Part shown: piece after piece, positions 16,091 to 24,804 of the stretch
Position numbering within the stretch: the stretch's first letter is position 1
Layout: every line of letters begins with the position of its first letter
Source of the DNA: an uncultured virus (IMG/VR IMGVR_UViG_3300028886_002149)
Taxonomy: Duplodnaviria > Heunggongvirae > Uroviricota > Caudoviricetes
Length of the DNA: 33,765 bases
Direction: 5' to 3' (one strand)
IMG/VR virus record: IMGVR_UViG_3300028886_002149
Position numbers and translations under genes: made by a program
Notes under the pieces: model-generated
Databases searched by the model: none
What the model was told of the DNA's origin: nothing
Seen by the model: only the letters and a program-made list of their open reading frames with translations

Positions 16091-18199
16091 ATGGAACTTG
16101 TGATAGCTGAGAAGCCCTCGGTTGCTCAGTCCATTGCACAGGTGATCGGTGCCTCACAGCGTGGCGATGGCTTTCTCAAGGGAAACGGCTATATCGTTTC
16201 GTGGTGTTACGGTCATCTGATCGAGCTTGCAACGCCGGATAAATATGATGAATCCCTGAAGCACTGGTCATACAATACACTGCCCATTCTGCCGACAGAT
16301 TGGAAATATGTGATCAAAAAGGACACGAAGCCCCAGTTCAAGATACTGAAGGATCTGATGAAGGATGGGGATGTTACCGCTATCGTATGTGCAACGGACG
16401 CAGGACGTGAGGGAGAGCTGATCTTCCGGCTTGTCTATGAGCAGGCAGGATGTACGAAGCCTATCAAACGCCTCTGGATATCTTCGATGGAGGAGAGCGC
16501 GATCCGTGACGGCTTTGATCATTTAAGACCCGGTGCGGAGTATGACAATCTGTATGCTTCCGCACTTTGCAGACAGCAGGCAGACTGGCTTGTTGGCCTT
16601 AATGGTACAAGGCTTTTTACTGTGCTGTACAGGAGCAAGGTTTTGAAGGTCGGGAGAGTGCAGACTCCAACGCTTGCGATGTTGGTGGATCGAGAAGTGG
16701 AGATCAGAAACTTTAAGAAGACACCGTTTTATACTGTGCACCTTTTGGGGGATGGTGTGGATGCGGTTTCGGAGAAGTATCCGGATGATCACAAGGCTCA
16801 TGCCGTAGCTTCCGGTTGTATCGGAAGAAGCGCTACGGTTAAGAGCATTGTATCGGAGGAGAAAAGTGTTAATGCTCCGCGCTTGTATGATCTGACCACG
16901 CTACAAAGAGATGCCAACAGGATCTTTGGTCTGACTGCGAAGAAGACGCTGGAATACACGCAGTCGCTTTACGAGAAGAAGCTGTGCACCTATCCGCGAA
17001 CGGATTCGCAATACCTTTCTGATGATATGGAGGAGACAGCGAGGAACGTTCTGGAGATGGTGGAGAGTACGTTTCCGTATCTGAGGGACGACAGACCGAG
17101 AGAAGTGGATATCAGGCGTGTGATGAACAGCAAGAAGGTAACTGATCACCATGCGATCATTCCAACAGTGCAGATAGAGAACATTCCGAATACGGTTTTG
17201 TCAGAGGGAGAGATGAAAGTGCTCTCCCTTCTTGCTGCCAGGATAGTCACAGCGACTGCAGAGAAATATCAGTACCGGAGTGTAAAAGCAGAGATCGATT
17301 GCGGAGGTGTTGTCTTCACGGCAACAGGCAAGACGGTCATAAACGAAGGCTGGAAGAAATACGATGCTGCTCTTCGGAATCATTTCAGGGTGAAAACAGA
17401 AAAAGAGGATGAAGAGGACAGTAAGCCGCTTCCTGTGCTGACAGAAGGAATGATCATATCCGATGTGGATGCAAAGGTGGTAGAGGGATTCACCAAGCCG
17501 CCGGCACATTACACGGAGGACAGCCTGCTTTCCGCTATGGAAAAGGCTGGATCCGAGGATATGGGGGATGATGTGGAACGCAAGGGATTGGGTACTCCCG
17601 CCACCCGCGCAGATATCATAGAAAAGCTCGTCAAGGACGGGTTTGTAAGAAGGGAGAAGAAGCAGATGATCCCGACAGAGGACGGTGAAAAACTGATCAC
17701 CGTGCTGCCGGATGTAGTCAAGAGTCCCAAACTGACTGCCGACTGGGAAAACGCATTAACTCTAGTGTCAAAGGGCGAGTATTCCGCAGCGCAGTTTATG
17801 ACGGGGATTAGAAACATGGTAACTGATTTAGTTAAGACCTATCACGAGGTCGGAGAGGAGAACAGAAGTATGTTTGGATCGAATGAAGCGTTAGGAAAGT
17901 GCCCCAAGTGCGGCGGTGATGTACTGAAAGGCAAGTATGGTCCGTATTGCTCAGAGAAGTGCGGAATGACTCTCGGCAGGGCATACGGCAAGGAACTTAC
18001 AGAGGAGCAGGTGAAGGACTTGCTGGAGGGCAAGAAGATCTTTGTGGAAGGCCTCAAGTCCAAGAAGGGCGGCACCTATAATGCCTACCTTATACCGGAT
18101 GGAGTGCAGGAGTATTCCTACACCAAGAAGGACGGCTCGGAGTTTAACGGCTTCCAGTATAAGTTCAACATGGAATTCCCGAAGAAGGAGGATAAGTGA
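16091..18199 (+). CDS. topB: DNA topoisomerase III (type IA), 702 aa
   Basis: TOPRIM LVIAEKPSVA and ATDAGREGELI, GRVQTPTL, catalytic TYPRTD, GLGTPATRA, C-terminal CPKC; SD AAGGAGG. Confidence 0.95.
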   Translation: MELVIAEKPSVAQSIAQVIGASQRGDGFLKGNGYIVSWCYGHLIELATPDKYDESLKHWSYNTLPILPTDWKYVIKKDTKPQFKILKDLMKDGDVTAIVCATDAGREGELIFRLVYEQAGCTKPIKRLWISSMEESAIRDGFDHLRPGAEYDNLYASALCRQQADWLVGLNGTRLFTVLYRSKVLKVGRVQTPTLAMLVDREVEIRNFKKTPFYTVHLLGDGVDAVSEKYPDDHKAHAVASGCIGRSATVKSIVSEEKSVNAPRLYDLTTLQRDANRIFGLTAKKTLEYTQSLYEKKLCTYPRTDSQYLSDDMEETARNVLEMVESTFPYLRDDRPREVDIRRVMNSKKVTDHHAIIPTVQIENIPNTVLSEGEMKVLSLLAARIVTATAEKYQYRSVKAEIDCGGVVFTATGKTVINEGWKKYDAALRNHFRVKTEKEDEEDSKPLPVLTEGMIISDVDAKVVEGFTKPPAHYTEDSLLSAMEKAGSEDMGDDVERKGLGTPATRADIIEKLVKDGFVRREKKQMIPTEDGEKLITVLPDVVKSPKLTADWENALTLVSKGEYSAAQFMTGIRNMVTDLVKTYHEVGEENRSMFGSNEALGKCPKCGGDVLKGKYGPYCSEKCGMTLGRAYGKELTEEQVKDLLEGKKIFVEGLKSKKGGTYNAYLIPDGVQEYSYTKKDGSEFNGFQYKFNMEFPKKEDK

Positions 18200-18201
18200 T
18201 C

Positions 18202-18774
18202 ATGAAGAAAGCAGTAAAGGTTTTATTGACCCTCGCCGGTATCGCAGGTGCGGGTGCAGCCGGATTTGTTGGGGCTAATCTCTACCGCAACAGGACGGAT
18301 AAGGACAGATCGGTTACGGAGGATGATTTTTTCGATGATGAAGAGGATGATCCCGAACCGACGGACTGTTCGGATAACATAGGGGATCTGTTTGACAATC
18401 TGGACGAGAGTGTATGTCCGGAGGATATCGACCTGAAGGCTCAATGTCCGATCTTTGGAGACGAAAAGAAGCTTCTTCCTGGTGAGAAGAAGTTCCTTGA
18501 CGAGTTTCTGGACGGAGTGCAGGCAATCACCACGATCATGACAGATGAGCTTGATTCGATAGATCTTCTTGCGAGAACCAGCAATATGCCCTGCAAAATC
18601 AAGTGCGACAAGATCAGAGATCTTTGTAAGGAGGCACATGAGAATTGCCATCTGATTGCGGAGATTACTGATGATGTGTTGAAGGTGTTGAGAAAGGAAT
18701 ACTGCTGGGAATACAGAGATTATATCAATGCTGAGATTGCAAAAATGGAACAGGAGGGAATTAAGCATGAGTGA
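18202..18774 (+). CDS. Hypothetical protein with N-terminal membrane anchor, acidic and Cys-containing, 190 aa
   Basis: MKKAVKVLLTLAGIAGAGAAGFVG; SD AAGGAGG (GTG 18196 is an alternative start). Confidence 0.7.
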   Translation: MKKAVKVLLTLAGIAGAGAAGFVGANLYRNRTDKDRSVTEDDFFDDEEDDPEPTDCSDNIGDLFDNLDESVCPEDIDLKAQCPIFGDEKKLLPGEKKFLDEFLDGVQAITTIMTDELDSIDLLARTSNMPCKIKCDKIRDLCKEAHENCHLIAEITDDVLKVLRKEYCWEYRDYINAEIAKMEQEGIKHE

Positions 18775-18934
18775 GATGAAGAATTTACCCCAGGTTGGGG
18801 TAGAAAGCGTCAGCAAGGGTGCACAGAGAGCGAGATATACCGCGTATATGCAGGGGTATCGCAAACTGGAGCAGAAGGTAAAGACAGATAAGGCAAGCCG
18901 TGAGAAGGCAGCCAGAATGGGAGGTGCCGTATGA
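18767..18934 (+). CDS. Small hypothetical protein, 55 aa
   Basis: SD AGGAGG; overlaps both neighbours, suggesting translational coupling. Confidence 0.6.
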   Translation: MSEMKNLPQVGVESVSKGAQRARYTAYMQGYRKLEQKVKTDKASREKAARMGGAV

Positions 18935-20082
18935 TGGATTTTGAGGAATTCAAGGCAAGTGTGGCTGAGCAGATCAAGGATTATCTGCCTGAGAAGTATG
19001 CGGATGCAACAGTCAATCTGCAGGATGTGACCAAGAATAACGATACTGTGCTGACCGGTCTCCTTATCAGAACCGAGGACAGCAATATCGCTCCCAATAT
19101 CTACCTTGAGAACTTCTTCGCACAGTATCAGGATGGAGAGGATCTGGGGGATATCCTTCAGCATATCGCTGATATTCGTGTGAATCATGAGATGGAACAG
19201 GGGTTTGATGTGAGTAAGATCACGGATTTTGACCAGGTGAAGGATCATATCATCTGCAAACTTGTAAATGCCGAGATGAATGCAGATTATCTTGCAGATA
19301 AGCCCCACACTTTAGTAGAGGATCTGGCTGTTGTATATGCGATTGACCTTGGTGGTGGTGAATCCGGTCGTATGAGCGCACCTATCACTAACAATCTTAT
19401 GGAACAGTACGGAGTGACCACACAGGAACTGCATGATATCGCACTTCAGAACCTTTCAGAGTCTCAGATCGAGTTCAAGACCATGAGAGATGTGCTGGTG
19501 GATATGATGTTCCCCGATGGAATCCAGGAAGGGGATCCCAGAGCGTTTATGCTCCCGCCCGAAGAGGAGAACCCTTCCATGTACGTGCTTTCCAATGCGG
19601 ACAAGCTTAACGGAGCTGCCGCTCTTTTGGACGCTAAGACAATGGAAGATATTTCCGAGAAGCTGGGCGGAGACTTCGTGGTTTTACCTTCGAGTATCCA
19701 TGAAACCATCGTTTTACCTCTGAATGAAGATATGGACAGGCATACCCTTGAGGCAATGGTGCAGGATGTGAATGCCGGACAGGTGGCTCCCGAGGAAAGA
19801 CTTTCGGATCATGTCTATATGTACGATTCTCAGGCAAAGGAGCTTGTTCTTGCCGATAAGATGGAGGAGCGTCAGCAGCAGAGAGCTGAAGCTCAGAAGG
19901 ATGCCAAGGAAGCTGAGCAGGCCGATAAGTCCGGAAAGGCTGAAAGAGGTGAAAAGAAGCCTGAGCGCGAGCGTGTATCCATGAAGGAAAAGCTTCCCGA
20001 GAAGAAGGCGGAAGTCGCAAAAAACGAAGCAAGCCGGGAACATCCGGTACCAAGCAAGACGAAGGAGACGGCACTGGCGTAA
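18931..20082 (+). CDS. DUF5688-like protein
   Basis: VTKNN...LTGL...NIAPNIYL, MYVLSN...NGAA, VLPSSIHE and LSDHVY.YD motifs; SD GGAGGT. Confidence 0.8.
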   Translation: MMDFEEFKASVAEQIKDYLPEKYADATVNLQDVTKNNDTVLTGLLIRTEDSNIAPNIYLENFFAQYQDGEDLGDILQHIADIRVNHEMEQGFDVSKITDFDQVKDHIICKLVNAEMNADYLADKPHTLVEDLAVVYAIDLGGGESGRMSAPITNNLMEQYGVTTQELHDIALQNLSESQIEFKTMRDVLVDMMFPDGIQEGDPRAFMLPPEEENPSMYVLSNADKLNGAAALLDAKTMEDISEKLGGDFVVLPSSIHETIVLPLNEDMDRHTLEAMVQDVNAGQVAPEERLSDHVYMYDSQAKELVLADKMEERQQQRAEAQKDAKEAEQADKSGKAERGEKKPERERVSMKEKLPEKKAEVAKNEASREHPVPSKTKETALA

Positions 20083-20113
20083 AGCTGCATGACCGTTTGC
20101 AGGAAATGTTGTC

Positions 20114-20148
20114 GGATTGGGGCAGTCGAAAGGCTGCCCCGATTCTTT
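20114..20148 (+). terminator. Intrinsic terminator after the DUF5688-like gene
   Basis: GGATTGGGGCAGTC-GAAA-GGCTGCCCCGATTC followed by a short T run. Confidence 0.7.
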
Positions 20149-20163
20149 ACGAGGGGAATGAAG

Positions 20164-20268
20164 ATGGACGATTACGATAGTGAGGATGTTGTGCTTGTGA
20201 TAGCGGGCGTGTACCTGGCACTGTGTGTAGGGAGATTTCTGCTGTATTTTCTAATTGCCGTGCTATAA
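20164..20268 (+). CDS. Putative small membrane peptide, 34 aa (not in the ORF track)
   Basis: SD GAGGGG 7 nt before the ATG; MDDYDSEDVVLVIAGVYLALCVGRFLLYFLIAVL. Confidence 0.4.
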   Translation: MDDYDSEDVVLVIAGVYLALCVGRFLLYFLIAVL

Positions 20269-20269
20269 T
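20261..20269 (+). promoter_or_regulatory. Extended -10 promoter reading into the cargo block
   Basis: TGCTATAAT is a perfect TGn-TATAAT. Confidence 0.55.
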
Positions 20270-20360
20270 AAATAAACTCAGATATGTCGATACAATTATA
20301 TTGGGAACGGCAGTGGACATTGCGCCCCCGTGCCCCGATTATCTTCCAGTTTTATAGACT

Positions 20361-20807
20361 ATGACAGATCGGGGTTTGAGGTTGGATGATATGAAGTGTG
20401 AACTGTTAGCAGAATCAAATTATGCGTTGCTGCTGGACTTTATTGATGATGTGAACACAAAATACGATGAAACCGTGCTGAAAGCGTTTTTGAATGAAAA
20501 GAACGCATACGGTTATATTGCCGTAGACGACGGAAAAGCAATTGGATTTGCGTACGGTTATGTATTAAATGAACCTGATGGACGAAAGACTTTTTATCTG
20601 CACGCGATAGATATTATGACCGGTTATCAGAATCTTGGTTACGGAACGGAATTGGTCAGATTTGTGTATGCACATTCAAAAAGCCTGGGTTGCCGCAAAA
20701 TGTTTTTGATGACAAACACCGGCAACGTGTCTGCTTGCAGATGCTATGAAAAGGCGGGTGGAATAAGCGCTGCAGCTGACGTTGTCATGTATGAATACAA
20801 GAAATGA
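20361..20807 (+). CDS. GNAT family N-acetyltransferase (start may be 20391)
   Basis: Acetyl-CoA motif YQNLGYG, and N..A..CYEKAG. Confidence 0.85.
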   Translation: MTDRGLRLDDMKCELLAESNYALLLDFIDDVNTKYDETVLKAFLNEKNAYGYIAVDDGKAIGFAYGYVLNEPDGRKTFYLHAIDIMTGYQNLGYGTELVRFVYAHSKSLGCRKMFLMTNTGNVSACRCYEKAGGISAAADVVMYEYKK

Positions 20808-20862
20808 TTCAGCATGTAGTATGATCAGCTCGAAAAATCGATGTTTGTAAACGGAGGGAACT

Positions 20863-21018
20863 ATGTTAAAAGATTATGCAATAGACAAGCCAATTCTTGA
20901 AACAGACAGATTGATCATTCGTGTGATTAACGAAAAAGATGCTGATGATTTAAAAGAGTGGTTGGGAAGAGATGAAATTTACACATATTGGGGAAGCTTT
21001 ATGAATATTGCTATATGA
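20863..21018 (+). pseudogene. Truncated RimJ/RimL-type GNAT, 51 aa
   Basis: SD GGAGG; MLKDYAIDKPILETDRLIIRVINEKDADDL... is a typical RimJ/RimL N-terminus; stops before the CoA-binding motif. Confidence 0.65.
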
Positions 21019-21098
21019 AAAAATCGTAAATTGAACAATTGATAGTAGTAAGTAATATTACAAGATAATGTAGATTCCAATGGCTGAATGTTTTGGGC

Positions 21099-22007
21099 TC
21101 ATTGGCTACCTAATAACTTGGTTTTTCGATATTCACCCGGAGTCAAACCATAGTGTCTTTTGAAAGTTCTGCAAAAATGATCGAAGCTTTTAAACCCACA
21201 TTCTGCGGAAATTGTGCTTATTTTCTTTTCTGTATCCGATAATGCTGCCGCAGCAATTCTAAGCCTGTATGCAATGAGGTAGTTAACCGGTGTCATGTGC
21301 AGATATTGCTTGAAAAGATTCAGGGCAGTGCTTTTACTTATGCTGACTTTACATGAGATATCATTAAGAGAGATATCTTCTGGGTAGTGTTCATGTATAT
21401 ACTGCATCATCATCTGCAGCCTGGATAAAGAGGCTGCTGAAGCCCCCTGCTTTTCTTCTACAAGATCAAAGTTTATGCTTCTGTAGATGCTCAGCCATAA
21501 ATGCTGTATAAGCGATGATACAAGCAGTTCTTCATTCCTCTCTTCTTTATGAATTTGAATGATCTTACGAAAATCAGATAAAATGGAAGCATTGGAACGT
21601 TCCTGCTCTCTAAATATGATGCAGGGGATTGATGAATTTGTTACAGGCAGAACATATTTTTTGAATATAAGGCTGTCGTCGGGAGATATAAAGGAAGGCA
21701 AAAAAAGAAAATTTGGAATGGATGCTGCGCAGGGAGAATAGAACTTGTGCAGTATTTTTGTGTTTATGAATATAGCATCACCTTCATTTAATGTGAAATC
21801 CTGATCACCAACCCACATGGTCACGGTACCGCTCTCTATAAGAACAAATTCAAGTTCGGTGTGCCAGTGCCAGTCAATACAGTTAAAGTCAAACATGTCC
21901 ATATTTTCATAGTAGAAATGAAAAGGATAATCCGGACTGCCATGGCTTACAGTTTCCATCAGACTGTCATCGGTTGTTATATGCGGATAAGAAGCACTAA
22001 AAACCAT
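21099..22007 (-). CDS. AraC family transcriptional regulator (cupin + double HTH)
   Basis: Cupin HWHTELE; C-terminal CGFKSFDHFCRTFKRHYGLTPGEYR; SD GAGGGGG on the minus strand. Confidence 0.93.
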   Translation of the reverse strand: MVFSASYPHITTDDSLMETVSHGSPDYPFHFYYENMDMFDFNCIDWHWHTELEFVLIESGTVTMWVGDQDFTLNEGDAIFINTKILHKFYSPCAASIPNFLFLPSFISPDDSLIFKKYVLPVTNSSIPCIIFREQERSNASILSDFRKIIQIHKEERNEELLVSSLIQHLWLSIYRSINFDLVEEKQGASAASLSRLQMMMQYIHEHYPEDISLNDISCKVSISKSTALNLFKQYLHMTPVNYLIAYRLRIAAAALSDTEKKISTISAECGFKSFDHFCRTFKRHYGLTPGEYRKTKLLGSQ

Positions 22008-22125
22008 AATCCCCCCTCAACTACGATATAATACAATTATTATACGCTTTTATACAATGTAAATCCATGAAAAATAATATATTATACAAATATGTACATA
22101 ACTCAATGAATACGAGGAGAAAAAT

Positions 22126-23313
22126 ATGCCTAACTATCAGAAAACGAAAACAGCGTGCTATTTGGGATTTATAACGCAGGCAATTGCTGCTAATTTTGCG
22201 CCGCTGCTTTTCCTTAAGTTTCATAGTGACTACGGAATCTCGCTTGGAAACATAGCGCTTATATCCACGGTTTATTTCTTTACCCAGTTGTTGATAGACC
22301 TTTTCTGTGCAAAGTTTGTGGACAGGATCGGGTACAGGGTCTCAATCGTGATATCAGAAGTCTTTTCGGCAGCAGGGCTGATAGGACTTGCCTTTCTGCC
22401 GGATATGATGCCTGATGCGTTTGCGGGGATTCTCATCAGCGTAACGGTATATGCCATGGGCTGCGGACTTATTGAAGTACTGGCAAGCCCTATTGTTGAA
22501 GCGTGCCCGTTTGAGAATAAGGAAGCTACCATGAGTCTTTTGCATTCCTTTTACTGCTGGGGCTCAGTGGGAACAATAGTGATCTCAACGCTGTTCTTTG
22601 CGATATTCGGTATGGACAGCTGGAGATGGCTTGCTGTGATCTGGGCGTTGGTTCCGGCAATAAACATATATAACTTCTTAACCTGTCCCATAGTCCCGAT
22701 CGTTGAAGAAGGGCAGGGAATGGGTATCAGACAGCTGGGGAAAAGGCCTCTTTTCTGGGTCTCCATATGCCTTATGGTTTGTGCCGGCGCATCAGAGCTT
22801 GCAATGGCACAATGGGCATCAGCATATGCCGAGGCAGCGCTTGGATTATCCAAGACGGTTGGTGATCTTATGGGACCGTGTATGTTTGCGGTAACGATGG
22901 GTATAAGCCGTGCTATATATGGTAAATATGGTGAGAAATTGAATCTGATGCGATTCATGATCGGATCGGGGGCTTTATGTGTCTTCTGCTATCTGCTGGC
23001 ATCGCTTTCATCAAATCCTGTCATGGGACTGATCGGATGTGTGTTGTGCGGATTTTCTGTCGGTATAATGTGGCCGGGAACAATAAGCATATCATCCCAA
23101 AAGTTTCCCACAGGCGGAACTGCGATGTTTGCACTACTTGCAATGGCAGGAGATCTCGGCGGAAGTATAGGACCTGCGATTGTCGGCAAGGTTACACAGT
23201 ATGCCGGGGATAATATCAGAACAGGAATGAGAGTAGGACTTATTTTTCCGGTTGTGCTCATCCTAATGCTTATTCTATTGAGCAAGACGGCAGTAAGAAA
23301 AGCTCAAAGCTAA
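22126..23313 (+). CDS. MFS transporter (substrate unknown)
   Basis: Many hydrophobic segments, motif-A-like FVDRIGYR; SD GAGGAG; divergent from araC. Confidence 0.9.
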   Translation: MPNYQKTKTACYLGFITQAIAANFAPLLFLKFHSDYGISLGNIALISTVYFFTQLLIDLFCAKFVDRIGYRVSIVISEVFSAAGLIGLAFLPDMMPDAFAGILISVTVYAMGCGLIEVLASPIVEACPFENKEATMSLLHSFYCWGSVGTIVISTLFFAIFGMDSWRWLAVIWALVPAINIYNFLTCPIVPIVEEGQGMGIRQLGKRPLFWVSICLMVCAGASELAMAQWASAYAEAALGLSKTVGDLMGPCMFAVTMGISRAIYGKYGEKLNLMRFMIGSGALCVFCYLLASLSSNPVMGLIGCVLCGFSVGIMWPGTISISSQKFPTGGTAMFALLAMAGDLGGSIGPAIVGKVTQYAGDNIRTGMRVGLIFPVVLILMLILLSKTAVRKAQS

Positions 23314-23378
23314 GAATCTGATGATACATAAAATCGGAAAATAACTTATTGATTAATATACATGGAAATGGATCAGCT

Positions 23379-24203
23379 ATGGGACAAGAATTACGTCATA
23401 ATGGGGAATACGTTATCGTTAAAAATCATAAGATTCATATTTTTCGTGCAGGGAATAATAACGGACCTAAACTCGTTTTTTTGTCAGGCTCAGGCACAGT
23501 GGCCCCGGTATATGATTTCAAAATTTTATATCAGAAACTTTTTAATGATTTTGAGATAATTGTTATCGAGAAATTCGGATATGGTTACTCGGATTTATAC
23601 GATGCACCAACCGACATTGATTCATTGATTTCTTATCATAGAGAGGCGTTATTAAAAATAGGCGAGGAAGGCCCATTTATTCTCCTGCCGCATTCATTGT
23701 CCGGGCTTGAGGCAATACGATGGAAACAGACATATCCGGAGGAAATTAAAGCAATTATAGGACTTGATATGGCAGTTCCTGCGCAGTACTTAAGCTGGGG
23801 ACAGGAAGAGATTGATAAGCGGACCAACCAGATAATCAAACTACAGAAGCTTCATAAGAAAGGCCTGTTATTCTGGTATCCTTTGAATAAGCGTGGACTT
23901 AATAAAGATGACATTAAACAACAAAAACTTCTGTGGAAAAGAAACGGAATGAATGATTGTTATATCGGTGAAGCAAAAACTGTGTTGGACAATGCAAAGC
24001 TTGTTGACAAAAACGGTGAAATAGATTGCCCGATTCTGATGTTTGTATCTGATGGTAAGCAGGTATCCGCGAATTGGATTCAGTATCAGAAGGAGTTCGC
24101 AGAACGTAACAATGCAAAGATCATTCAATTAAACTGCGGACATTATGTGCATTATTATGAGAGCGATTGCATCAGTGAAGAAATCATGAGGTTTATTGAA
24201 TAA
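23379..24203 (+). CDS. Alpha/beta fold hydrolase (start uncertain, possibly 5'-truncated)
   Basis: LVFLSGSG, GYGYS, nucleophile elbow PHSLSG, C-terminal GHYVH. No clear SD. Confidence 0.8.
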   Translation: MGQELRHNGEYVIVKNHKIHIFRAGNNNGPKLVFLSGSGTVAPVYDFKILYQKLFNDFEIIVIEKFGYGYSDLYDAPTDIDSLISYHREALLKIGEEGPFILLPHSLSGLEAIRWKQTYPEEIKAIIGLDMAVPAQYLSWGQEEIDKRTNQIIKLQKLHKKGLLFWYPLNKRGLNKDDIKQQKLLWKRNGMNDCYIGEAKTVLDNAKLVDKNGEIDCPILMFVSDGKQVSANWIQYQKEFAERNNAKIIQLNCGHYVHYYESDCISEEIMRFIE

Positions 24204-24223
24204 AACCGGAAGATATTTTAGTC

Positions 24224-24251
24224 TTGACGATAAAGAAGCATGGTGTAAAAT
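24224..24251 (+). promoter_or_regulatory. Sigma-A-type promoter for the SCP2 gene
   Basis: TTGACG-N16-TAAAAT. Confidence 0.55.
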
Positions 24252-24286
24252 AGCGTTAAAATTGCCACGGAAAGGAGCAACAGATC

Positions 24287-24700
24287 ATGAACTATGAGGA
24301 ACTTGTAAAAAAGGCAAAGCAAGCAGCCAAGAAGATGGATGTCAGCACTATCAACGAGCATATCGCCGTACAGATAGATGTTGTTGGTGAAGGCGAAGGT
24401 GCGTTTTACGTTGAGGTAGCAGACGGAAAGGTATCTGTTGAACCTTATGAATACTATGATAATGACTGCAAGGTAACGGCAAGCGCAGATGTGATCACAG
24501 CGCTGTTTGCCGGCAAGCTGAACGTGGATGAGGCGCTTGCCAATGGAAGCGTTTCTGTTGAGGGCGACGGAGGAAAGGCACTGGCGATCATCAATGCTTT
24601 GAAGGTTGCTCCTGAGAAGAAGCCCGCAGCTGCAAAGAAACCGGCAGCAAAGAAAGCTCCGGCAAAGAAGACGACAGCAAAGAATACCACGAAGAAATAA
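24287..24700 (+). CDS. SCP2 sterol/lipid-binding domain protein with Lys/Ala-rich tail
   Basis: GEGEGAFYVEV...GKL....AL..G...VEGD; tail KKPAAAKKPAAKKAPAKK; SD AAAGGAG. Confidence 0.8.
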   Translation: MNYEELVKKAKQAAKKMDVSTINEHIAVQIDVVGEGEGAFYVEVADGKVSVEPYEYYDNDCKVTASADVITALFAGKLNVDEALANGSVSVEGDGGKALAIINALKVAPEKKPAAAKKPAAKKAPAKKTTAKNTTKK

Positions 24701-24724
24701 ACAAAAACCGAAAATAAGATAACC

Positions 24725-24770
24725 AAAGCGGTGGCTTTAGATCGAGAGATTTAGGGCCACCGCTTTTTTT
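24725..24770 (+). terminator. Intrinsic terminator directly upstream of the methylase/helicase gene
   Basis: AAAGCGGTGGCTTTAGATC-GAGA-GATTTAGGGCCACCGCTTT; the T run totals 7 (24764-24770). Confidence 0.85.
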
Positions 24771-24804
24771 ATAAACAAAAAAACGGAAGGAGGAAATGTA
24801 TCAA

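Noticed and set aside
18223..19308. 361-aa minus-strand ORF
   Set aside because: It is antisense to three well-formed + strand genes, has an Ile/Leu/His-rich shadow composition and shows no recognisable motif.
20361..23313. GNAT and MFS as antibiotic-resistance genes
   Set aside because: I recognise no specific resistance family; substrates cannot be inferred from the sequence alone.
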